The notes under the pieces were generated by a model, which saw only the letters and a list, made by a program, of their open reading frames with translations, ran no database searches and was not told the DNA's origin. From positions 43,632,224 to 43,696,223 of the forward strand of contig NC_068990.1 in the NCBI RefSeq assembly GCF_001194135.2: 64,000 nucleotides of DNA, read 5' to 3'. Position 1 is the first letter of the stretch; each line of letters starts with the position of its first letter. Positions 14,520 to 25,137 of this stretch are shown one piece after another. Source of the DNA: Octopus bimaculoides. Lineage: Eukaryota. The position numbers and the translations under genes were made by a program.

Positions 14520-15470
14520 AATGATGATGGCAATGACGATAGCGTTGGCACGATAGCAATGACGATAGCGTTGGCACGATAGCAATGACGATAGCGTTGG
14601 CACGATAGCAATGACGATAGCGTTGGCACGATAGCAATGACGATAGCGTTGGCACGATAGNNNNNNNNNNNNNNNNNNNNNNNNNNNNNNNNNNNNNNNN
14701 NNNNNNNNNNNNNNNNNNNNNNNNNNNNNNNNNNNNNNNNNNNNNNNNNNNNNNNNNNNNNNNNNNNNNNNNNNNNNNNNNNNNNNNNNNNNNNNNNNNN
14801 NNNNNNNNNNNNNNNNNNNNNNNNNNNNNNNNNNNNNNNNNNNNNNNNNNNNNNNNNNNNNNNNNNNNNNNNNNNNNNNNNNNNNNNNNNNNNNNNNNNN
14901 NNNNNNNNNNNNNNNNNNNNNNNNNNNNNNNNNNNNNNNNNNNNNNNNNNNNNNNNNNNNNNNNNNNNNNNNNNNNNNNNNNNNNNNNNNNNNNNNNNNN
15001 NNNNNNNNNNNNNNNNNNNNNNNNNNNNNNNNNNNNNNNNNNNNNNNNNNNNNNNNNNNNNNNNNNNNNNNNNNNNNNNNNNNNNNNNNNNNNNNNNNNN
15101 NNNNNNNNNNNNNNNNNNNNNNNNNNNNNNNNNNNNNNNNNNNNNNNNNNNNNNNNNNNNNNNNNNNNNNNNNNNNNNNNNNNNNNNNNNNNNNNNNNNN
15201 NNNNNNNNNNNNNNNNNNNNNNNNNNNNNNNNNNNNNNNNNNNNNNNNNNNNNNAATGACGATAGCGTTGGCATGATAGCAATGACGATAGCGTTGGCAT
15301 GATAGCAATGACGATAGCGTTGGCATGATAGCAATGACGATAGCGTTGGCATGATAGCAATGACGATAGTGTTGGCATGATAGCAATGACGATAGTGTTG
15401 GCATGATAGCAATGATGATAGTGTTGGCATGATAGCAATGATGATAGTGTTTGCACAGCAGTGACAATGA
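14520..15470. repeat. 26-bp minisatellite spanning an assembly gap
   Basis: Unit CAATGACGATAGCGTTGGCACGATAG recurs at 14531, 14557 and onward; variants continue after the gap. Confidence 0.95.
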
Positions 15471-15535
15471 TGACAATGTTGGCAATGCTAGTAAAGATGA
15501 GGAAATCATGAATATCATTAAAAGAAAATGTTTAC

Positions 15536-15727
15536 TTTAGTGTTAATCCGGAATGTTATATAGGATTCCAAGGTACTTGTGTGTTTCTCGGGATTATCAA
15601 CCATGACAAATAAATCCCTAGTTTCTGAATCAAAGTCATCATCCAATTTGAAGTTGGCTATTAGACTTGAACTACAAGACACAGTCATTTCAGACTTTGA
15701 CGACGTATCTAAATCCAGGCTTTCAAG
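15536..15727 (-). CDS. SNX7/SNX30: Sorting nexin 7/30-like, coding exon 2 (start of PX domain)
   Basis: Acceptor ttttgatctttcag and donor gtaaac; 192 bp, phase 0/0. Encodes ...[27 protein letters not shown], matching the recalled SNX7/SNX30 PX N-terminus (DLF+.VD.P.KH....E+YIT+RI.TK). Confidence 0.85.
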
Positions 15728-16274
15728 CTGAAAGATCAAAACAGAAAATTATTAGTTACTTAAAGCCAGTAATATTATAATACATTGGGAGGATCATGTT
15801 GCCAATAAATGTAAGTACACTGGTTGTGGTTCACTTCAGTTACAGTAATATTGTAAAAATATTTTTCAATGTCAGATGCAGGTATGGCTGTGTGGTTAAG
15901 AAATTTGCTCCACAACTATGTGGTTTTAGGTTCAATCCCAACTTGAGCAAATGTCTTTGACAAAAGTCCCAGGTTAAATATCTTGCAATTGAAATGAATA
16001 GATGGAAAGTGAATAAAGTCCATCATGTATATGTGAAAATGTGTGTGCACACATGCACACATATATATACCTATACATATATTATATATACATTTATGCA
16101 CACACACACATAGAGGCATAGGTGTAGCTGCGTGTTAAGATGTTTGCTTCCAAAACATGATTCCAGGTTCAGTCCCACTCTTTCACACATTGGGCAAGAG
16201 TTTTCAACTATAGCCCCAGGCTGACCAAAGCCTTGTGAGTGGATTTGATGGATGGAAACTGAAAGAAGCCTATC

Positions 16275-16305
<31 letters not shown>

Positions 16306-16867
16306 TGTGTGCTAAAGTCTGTTTCAACAAATTATCTGCTGGCTCTTTGCCTTTGAGGGTATATGACGTAATAGATCCCTGAAAGACATCCACATGTAAA
16401 ACACTGACTCAATAATATATTTTTCATCTTACACATGCTAANNNNNNNNNNNNNNNNNNNNNNNNNNNNNNNNNNNNNNNNNNNNNNNNNNNNNNNNNNN
16501 NNNNNNNNNNNNNNNNNNNNNNNNNNNNNNNNNNNNNNNNNNNNNNNNNNNNNNNNNNNNNNNNNNNNNNNNNNNNNNNNNNNNNNNNNNNNNNNNNNNN
16601 NNNNNNNNNNNNNNNNNNNNNNNNNNNNNNNNNNNNNNNNNNNNNNNNNNNNNNNNNNNNNNNNNNNNNNNNNNNNNNNNNNNNNNNNNNNNNNNNNNNN
16701 NNNNNNNNNNNNNNNNNNNNNNNNNNNNNNNNNNNNNNNNNNNNNNNNNNNNNNNNNNNNNNNNNNNNNNNNNNNNNNNNNNNNNNNNNNNNNNNNNNNN
16801 NNNNNNNNNNNNNNNNNNNNNNNNNNNNNNNNNNNNNNNNNNNNNNNNNNNNNNNNNNNNNNNNNNN

Positions 16868-16898
<31 letters not shown>

Positions 16899-17059
16899 AA
16901 AGGCTGGTTTTTTGGGGGGGTGGGGGGTGACAGGCAGAAGTCTTGCAGCCACTGCTGCTCTTTTCTATTTCACATTGGTCCTTGTAATATCTATAACTTT
17001 AGTAGAAAAGGTGTAGGTAGAAACTCCATAAGATGTACCCGGTAAGAGGTGCAATAATA

Positions 17060-17340
17060 TCATAAGAGGTGCAGTAATATCAAAGGAAGGCTAACTGGGA
17101 AGATAGCTTTTGTGCATGGCAAATGTTCAGGGACAATAAACACTGAAAACGTGCAGAAAACAGCTTCCATCACATGCCAGGGAGAAAAGCTAAAAGTAGT
17201 TGATAGCTTCCGCTACCTAGGCGACCAAGTCAGTAGCAGTGGTGGATGCTCTGAGAGTGTAACTGCTAGAATAATAATAGCCTGGGCAAAGTTCAGAAAG
17301 CTCCTAGCTCTGCTAGTGACAAAGGGCCTCTCGCTCAGAG
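17060..17340 (+). mobile_element. RTE-like LINE reverse transcriptase thumb-region fragment
   Basis: Translates as KLKVVDSFRYLGDQVSSSGGCSESVTARIIIAWAKFRKL, with the F.YLG motif typical of non-LTR RT. Confidence 0.75.
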
Positions 17341-17399
17341 AGCAATCCCACCTAGCAAAAGCAGCGATGCCAACACCAACACCAACAGACATCACCACC

Positions 17400-17765
17400 A
17401 ACACCCGACCACGGAGAGGCATCAGCTGTTCTGGGAACTCATTCAAACAATGCCTCTCCAACCACAGAGTCTCCTTCAGGATACTGGAAAGGAGATTCAT
17501 CACATCATTAGCCAGCCATGCATGGTAGCTAATAGACGATGGGATTCCATACACAATATCATGGAGAATCCAGACACCTACATTAACAGGACCAACTGCT
17601 GTAAATTATGCATAGTGAAACGGACAAGGATCCTAAAACACTCCTTCGACCGAGGGAACATCCTGAACTCTAGAAGAGAAGTCTTCAGACCTTGCTTACA
17701 TTTCAGGAAATTCCTGCTAGCCTGTTGGAACCCACGGGATAGCAAGGCCACCAGCAATCGATAGC
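17400..17765 (+). mobile_element. Penelope-like element GIY-YIG endonuclease C-terminal remnant
   Basis: Two frames give GISCSGNSFKQCLSNHRVSF, TSLASHAW*LIDDGIPYTISWRI and TNCCKLCIVKRTRIL...ILNSRREVFRPCLHFRKFLL. This follows the PLE pattern YIG...FK.R..NH..SF / C.LC..E...I / LN.R.E....C.H. Confidence 0.75.
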
Positions 17766-17865
17766 CAAGGGGTTACAATCCCCTTTGTTGACATTAATGT
17801 GGTCATTTCCTCCTCAATATTCTAGAGAGGCCACTTGCTAAAGATGTTTTTAGCCAACAGGCTTT

Positions 17866-17926
17866 GGGATCTGATGATACGCCATAAAGCCAAGCCCTTT
17901 ATGGATGTGAAACCTAAGGTAATCCC
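17866..17926 (+). ncRNA. Type I hammerhead ribozyme, intact core
   Basis: Helix I GGGAT/ATCCC; core CTGATGA at 17871-77; helix II CCATAAAG/CTTTATGG; GAAA at 17909-12; helix III ACC-TAA-GGT; GTA cleavage triplet at 17919-21. Confidence 0.85.
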
Positions 17927-18026
17927 TTAAATTGGCCTTATTTAACTTTAATATATACTGCTCTATAATTTTGAGTGTGCTTCTTTTTGGGGATTTATGT
18001 TTACAGACTATATATATATATATCTG

Positions 18027-18164
18027 AAGCTGCAAAGACTTCACAAAAACTGTTACTCAGAGTTTCACGTTCCCAGTTGGACAGTTTTGGTTGAGATTCT
18101 CAACCAAAACTACCCAACAAACAGGAAACTCTGAGTAACAGTTTTTGTGATGTTCTTGCAGCTT
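18027..18164. repeat. Fold-back of two inverted degenerate hammerhead modules
   Basis: Outer arms of 40 bp (about 37/40) and perfect inner arms of 14 bp. Each arm reads GAAAC-TCTGA-GTA-ACAGTTTT on opposite strands. Confidence 0.8.
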
Positions 18165-19189
18165 TATTAATAAAGAATATTACTCTACCTCCAGTATTCA
18201 AGTACTATTTTTTCCACCTCGTTTCACATTTATGTGCTTACTCTGATATATATATATANNNNNNNNNNNNNNNNNNNNNNNNNNNNNNNNNNNNNNNNNN
18301 NNNNNNNNNNNNNNNNNNNNNNNNNNNNNNNNNNNNNNNNNNNNNNNNNNNNNNNNNNNNNNNNNNNNNNNNNNNNNNNNNNNNNNNNNNNNNNNNNNNN
18401 NNNNNNNNNNNNNNNNNNNNNNNNNNNNNNNNNNNNNNNNNNNNNNNNNNNNNNNNNNNNNNNNNNNNNNNNNNNNNNNNNNNNNNNNNNNNNNNNNNNN
18501 NNNNNNNNNNNNNNNNNNNNNNNNNNNNNNNNNNNNNNNNNNNNNNNNNNNNNNNNNNNNNNNNNNNNNNNNNNNNNNNNNNNNNNNNNNNNNNNNNNNN
18601 NNNNNNNNNNNNNNNNNNNNNNNNNNNNNNNNNNNNNNNNNNNNNNNNNNNNNNNNNNNNNNNNNNNNNNNNNNNNNNNNNNNNNNNNNNNNNNNNNNNN
18701 NNNNNNNNNNNNNNNNNNNNNNNNNNNNNNNNNNNNNNNNNNNNNNNNNNNNNNNNNNNNNNNNNNNNNNNNNNNNNNNNNNNNNNNNNNNNNNNNNNNN
18801 NNNNNNNNNNNNNNNNNNNNNNNNNNNNNNNNNNNNNNNNNNNNNNNNNNNNNNNNNNNNNNNNNNNNNNNNNNNNNNNNNNNNNNNNNNNNNNNNNNNN
18901 NNNNNNNNNNNNNNNNNNNNNNNNNNNNNNNNNNNNNNNNNNNNNNNNNNNNNNNNNNNNNNNNNNNNNNNNNNNNNNNNNNNNNNNNNNNNNNNNNNNN
19001 NNNNNNNNNNNNNNNNNNNNNNNNNNNNNNNNNNNNNNNNNNNNNNNNNNNNNNNNNNNNNNNNNNNNNNNNNNNNNNNNNNNNNNNNNNNNNNNNNNNN
19101 NNNNNNNNNNNNNNNNNNNNNNNNNNNNNNNNNNNNNNNNNNNNNNNNNNNNNNNNNNNNNNNNNNNNNNNNNNNNNNNNNNNNNNNNN

Positions 19190-19230
<41 letters not shown>

Positions 19231-19884
19231 GAGAGTGTGGTAAACATATATAGAGAGGGGGAGGTTTACAATGAGAAAAGCATAAATGAAAGAGGCAGAC
19301 AAGTAGAAAGACAGATCTTTTCTTTTGTAGTCACAGATTTTGAAATTTTAAAATCAAGTGATAATTTTCAAATTTAGTATATTGATGTACTTTTTCATGC
19401 TGAATTTGATTTTGTGATTCATTTATTCCAGAAAAAAAATTTACAAAAATGTTACAAAGATTTAAAGTTTGATAATTTTTACCCAATTGGAAAACAGAAT
19501 TTGGAAGCTAGCATTTTCTGTGTGATAGCTATCATAAAATGAAAGTAAACATTATGATGATGAAATTTTAAGCAAAATGAAAGTAATAATATGTCATATC
19601 AAGAGAGAGAGAGGGGAGAGCAGCATGTGTGAGAGATCCATATACAGACAAAGAGAGTGTGGTAAATATATAGAGAGAGAGCCTGATGGAGACAGATAAA
19701 GGGTGGTAGATTTATCGATATAAAAGTTGTTATTTCTCATAGCAAATTAAATTTTTTGACATATTATAACCAGAAACCTCCTTGCTGGGATGCAGATTTT
19801 GAAAATCAAATCTGTTTTTCACAGGGATGCACTGTTTCAGAGCCTTTCCATGACATATTCACATATATACACACACATACACTC

Positions 19885-19925
<41 letters not shown>

Positions 19926-21647
19926 CATCGGCGTCGTCGTTTAACATCCACTTTCCATGCTAGCATGGGTTGGACGATTTGACTGAGGACTAGTGAACCG
20001 GATGGCTGCACCTTGCTCCAATCTTATCTGGCAGAGTTTCTACAGCTGGATGCCCTTCCTAATGNNNNNNNNNNNNNNNNNNNNNNNNNNNNNNNNNNNN
20101 NNNNNNNNNNNNNNNNNNNNNNNNNNNNNNNNNNNNNNNNNNNNNNNNNNNNNNNNNNNNNNNNGAATGCCATTGGGCTAACTACCAGAGCCATTCACCA
20201 ACATGCAACTACCACATGTTCATAAATGCATTGTACCACCCTATCCTATAACAATAGATTGCCCCCTCTTATTGCACTCCACTCTGTCTTGCCATGCAAA
20301 TCCTACATTAAACAATTTTTCTTCATCCTTCTACCCCAAACTTTCTTTATGCAGATATTGACCTACCAATATTTAAATTGAACATCAATCACATCAAATT
20401 TCCAGTCTAAAAGTGGCTGCAAAAGGTCATGAGCACTGACCTTCTTCCTTTGAGTAACTTACATGAAACAAAAACACAAGCAGATAATAGTTTGATGACC
20501 ATTTTCTCCTCTTTTTAACAAAGTTTCGAACTTCACAATCTTCCTAACAATATCTCTCTATTCTGTTTATTCTCTCCCTTTCCATCTGTTGGTGGAGTAA
20601 GAAAAATCTAGATAGTCACAGGATAGAATATTAAAATTGCCATTCAAAACATTACATTTTCATCCTTCAATTGGCTATTCTTAATATTGGTATTTGTGAT
20701 AAAGTAGAACAATTTCATCAGAATTCATTTGGAATCCTTCAACATAATATATAATCCAAACTTTTTAACCACTTTTATTATACAAGTTCGATTGTTTGTT
20801 ACATAAATTTATAGCAATGAAGGATATAAATATGTTATTTCTCTGAAAATTTTATGAGACTTAAGTTGGCTTTAGTCCTGATAATGATGAGTTATCAATT
20901 GCTTGGAAGATTTAGGAGACAAAATGGCTATTATGGCTATCAAACAACCGCCAGAATTGCATCACCAGATGGTATTAATGACCACTGGGGAAATATAGTG
21001 AAAAACTTATGGAAAGCTTTCCAACACAACATATATTTGTGATATAAATCTTTGCCAAACCTCTGCCCACACCCAACACAAAGCCACTCCAAGACTTCTA
21101 CACAGATACACATTTTACCTTTTATTTGTTGTAGTCACTGAACTTCAGCAACGCTAGGATACCACCTTGAAGGGTTTAGTCAACTCCAGTATATCTTGAA
21201 GTCTGATACTTATTTTATTAGTCTCTTTGCCAAAGTGCTAAGTTACAGGGATGTAAACAAACCACCACTGTTTGCCAAGTAACGGAGTATGGTAGAGATG
21301 AGATGGCTATTCAAAGGTACAGAAAGGAAGTGTACAGGGAGAATACTGTGGAGAAAAGAAGGGAGGATGAGAATAAGGGATGGAAGGTTCCCAGGAAGGA
21401 GGAGGTAACTGATAATGCAAAGCCAGNNNNNNNNNNGGGGGGGGGGCGGTAATATGCTTATATCTTCCTTTCTTTTTGCAACAGTTTTACCAGAACATAA
21501 ATGGTTCCAATCTTACCAGGTTCAGAGGCACTGTCCCTTTTTCCAGAACCAAGAGGTAATGGATACCAGACTTAAAATATCCAAGTACAGCAGGGTCAAT
21601 TTATTTGACTAAAGCTGCAGTACAATGACTGAAACAAGTGTATAGAT

Positions 21648-21686
<39 letters not shown>

Positions 21687-21769
21687 GTGCTGGTTCCACA
21701 TAAAAAACACTGGTACTGATGCCACATAAAAAGCACCCAATATACTCTATAAAGTGGCTGGTATTATGA

Positions 21770-22690
21770 AGGGTGGGTGGTGAAATAAGTGAGTGGTTTG
21801 AAGTGAAGGTGGGGTTAAAACAGAGTTGTGTGGTGTGTCTGTGGCTGTTTAATTTATATATGGATGGTGTGGTGAGAGAGGTAAATGCTAGAACCTTTGG
21901 TAGGAGAGCCCAAGTGGTAGGAGAAAATGGAGAGAAATGGCAGGTGAGTCAGTTGTTGTTTGCTGATGATACAGCACTGGTGGCAGATTTGGAAGAGCAA
22001 CTGAGTAGACTGGTGGGAGAGTTTGGAAGAGAGTGCGAGAGGAGGAAACTGAAAATGAATGTAACTAAAAGTAAGATGAGAGTTGTTCAAGAGATGGAAT
22101 GGCTGGTAGGATGGATGTGAGTATAAATGGTGAGATGTTAGAGGAGGTGAGTGTTTTTAAAGCACCTGGGGTCGCATGTGACAACGGATGGGGAATGGCT
22201 GAGGAGGTGGGATACAGAGTGAGGGAAGGGAGTAAGATACTTGGAGCTGTGAAAGGTATGCTGAGAGATAAAAGGTTGAGTATGAAAGCGAAAAGGTGTG
22301 TATGAGGGTATGATTGTGCCAAGAGTGTTATATGGTGCAGAGATGTGGAGGTTTGAGATGAGATGTCTGAGGGATATGGTTGGTGTGACACAGATGGACA
22401 AGATGAGGGCTGAGATGTGAAGACAATCAGGAATGAGAGAAAAACTAACAACCAAATTGGATAGATGAATGTTGAGGTGGTTTGGCCACATGGAAAGGAT
22501 GCATGAGGAGCGGATGATAAGGAGGGTGATGAAGGCAGAAGTGGTAGGCAGCAGAACCAGAGGAAGACATCGGTTTGCGTGGATGGATGGAGTGAGGAAA
22601 GCTTTGGTGGTTAGAGGTGTTGAAGTGAGAGAAGCAAGAGGGTTTATAAATGATAGGAAAGCTTGGAGAGTGTTTGTGGGTAGATGAGTG
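21770..22690 (+). mobile_element. Non-LTR retrotransposon (RTE-like) RT 3' half, decayed
   Basis: Translates as GLKQSCVVCLWLFNLYMD, QLLFADDTALVAD (catalytic ADD), MNVTKSKM, LRWFGHMERM and RTRGRHRFAWMDGV. Confidence 0.9.
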
Positions 22691-23569
22691 AATTTTGATG
22701 TTGCTCAAAGGGGTACGGAACCAGCATGATGTGGTGGGGGTAAATCAGCATATGCTGTTGATATTGGGAGCTGCATTCTATGCCTTAACCCGAGCATAGA
22801 ACAGGGCTCGCCCCATTAAGCTGGGAAATGAATGGTATGCTTGGTGTGTGTTTTGTTGTGGCNNNNNNNNNNNNNNNNNNNNNNNNNNNNNNNNNNNNNN
22901 NNNNNNNNNNNNNNNNNNNNNNNNNNNNNNNNNNNNNNNNNNNNNNNNNNNNNNNNNNNNNNNNNNNNNNNNNNNNNNNNNNNNNNNNNNNNNNNNNNNN
23001 NNNNNNNNNNNNNNNNNNNNNNNNNNNNNNNNNNNNNNNNNNNNNNNNNNNNNNNNNNNNNNNNNNNNNNNNNNNNNNNNNNNNNNNNNNNNNNNNNNNN
23101 NNNNNNNNNNNNNNNNNNNNNNNNNNNNNNNNNNNNNNNNNNNNNNNNNNNNNNNNNNNNNNNNNNNNNNNNNNNNNNNNNNNNNNNNNNNNNNNNNNNN
23201 NNNNNNNNNNNNNNNNNNNNNNNNNNNNNNNNNNNNNNNNNNNNNNNNNNNNNNNNNNNNNNNNNNNNNNNNNNNNNNNNNNNNNNNNNNNNNNNNNNNN
23301 NNNNNNNNNNNNNNNNNNNNNNNNNNNNNNNNNNNNNATTACAATTAAAAGGGTAAAGGATTATCAATTTATTAATTTATTAATAAATTAGTAATTAATA
23401 ATTTTTACCAAGCCCTTCGGTATGTAAGCACCATTATCGATGAGGAACTTATTTAAAAGTTCTTACCGAAGTTCAGAAATAGCAGCTAAAATGCTGGAGT
23501 GTCGATTGTTATGATGGCGCTCGGTCATACATGCACATTTGCTAGTATCGTCGAATTTGCAACTGGAAT

Positions 23570-23627
23570 ATCATACCGATGAGGTAATGAAGAGTTTTTC
23601 CTTCTAAACCAGAAACATGTATATGAT
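23570..23627 (+). ncRNA. Degenerate type I hammerhead relic
   Basis: Helix I ATCATA/TATGAT; core CCGATGA (U4>C); helix II GGT/ACC; one extra A before GAAAC; palindromic ACATGT; GTA triplet. Confidence 0.55.
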
Positions 23628-23915
23628 TAACTATGGCTAGTTTAATTCGTTATTTTTCTTCTTGTTTTGCCTATGTGGGTAGCAGGTAATTGCTATCTGT
23701 TGGAGTTTCAGCATTTTAGCTACTATTTCTGAACTTCGGTATGTGGTGAAGCAACTTGTTGCTGATCCCTTAATTTTGTTTATAAATGTATAAGAACTTT
23801 TGGGCTTGACGAAATCAGTACCAGTCATGTATTGGAGTCAATGTATCTAATAGCCCCATCCCCTGAATTTCAGGCTTTGTACCTACATCAAAACATAATT
23901 ATTATTATTATTATT

Positions 23916-24690
23916 TTGGTTTGACTCAGATTCGGTCTTATTCCTGGTAGGATCTATGTGGGTAGCGGGTCACTACCTGTAACCTTAGGTATCCACAAGT
24001 TTGCAGCAGTCTTTCAAATGCTTAGAACCCTACAGGTAATCCTTGCTGTCCCTCAGAGACAGACTTTTTGTAGGAGTTCTACTGCGCATTCTATTTCAAT
24101 CTCCTTCAGCCATTAGTCTATATCTTTGCTTACAGTTCCCAATGCACCAAGGGCAGACTGAGCCGTCAGGCACTACCCAAGGGCCCAGAGCTCTGAGAGG
24201 CCTGCATTCTACATGTTAACTCTACTGATATCAATGATAAGAGACCCAGTAAACACTTATGCCCGAAGGTCCTTAATACTTTCAGTCCACCCCTGCAATG
24301 CACCAATTATTATAGGTACAGCCTTTACTATTCACATGCTCCAAATTCTTCCTATTTCAAATTTGAAGGGATTGTATTGTTTTTTTTTTTTTGTTTTTCT
24401 TCCTCTTTCTTTACGATCTTGAAATCAAACAGGTATGATGGGTCAATTAGTAACCAACTTCACTCGTCCTTATGAATAATTATGTCCGGTCTATTACTTT
24501 CTAGCTTCTTGTCCATTTGAATAGGAAAGTCTCACAAAATCTTACATTTCTCCAACTCCAGTACTCTTTCGACATCATGATTGTACCATGTGTCTCCAGC
24601 TTCAAATCCCCATTTCTGGCACAGCTTCCAGTGCAAAACTTTTACAACCTGGTCGTGCCTTCCGTTTTTTATATTCTTCCTGTGCCAACC
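23916..24690 (-). mobile_element. R4/Dong-like (RLE-clade) non-LTR retrotransposon 3' fragment
   Basis: Translates as RHDQVVKVLHWKLC, KIL*DFPIQMDKKLESNRPDII and terminal LLQKVCL*GTARITCRVLSI*. The 3' end abuts a (TAA)n tract at about 23897-23915. Confidence 0.75.
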
Positions 24691-24988
24691 TATCATCATT
24701 ATTATCATTATTATTGTTGTTGTTATTATTATTTGTAAGGCAGTGAGCAAGAGAGTTGTTAGCACATCAGAGAAAAGGTTTAGTGGCATTTCTTCCAACT
24801 CTTTACGTCCTGAGTTTGAATCCTGCCAAGGTCAAATTTGCTTTTCATTCTTTCAAGGAATGATAAAGCACCAGTGAAGTACTGAGGTCAATGTAGTAAA
24901 AAATCTCTCTCCTCCTAATTTTAACCTTGTGCCAAAATTTGGAAAATCATTATTTACATGAGTGCAGTTCAATATGTGTATATGTATA

Positions 24989-25029
<41 letters not shown>

Positions 25030-25048
25030 AAAAGAGAGAGAGAAAGAG

Positions 25049-25137
<89 letters not shown>

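Noticed and set aside
14408-15518. 340-aa repetitive ORFs and a CRISPR-like look of the 26-bp repeat
   Set aside because: The units are contiguous with no spacers, the context is eukaryotic and there are no cas genes. The ORFs arise because the unit lacks stops in these frames.
1-15535. Expected SNX exon 3 (RRRY.DF.WL...PPLPEK)
   Set aside because: It was not found by eye on the minus strand. It may lie in a gap or beyond the window, so no coordinates are claimed.
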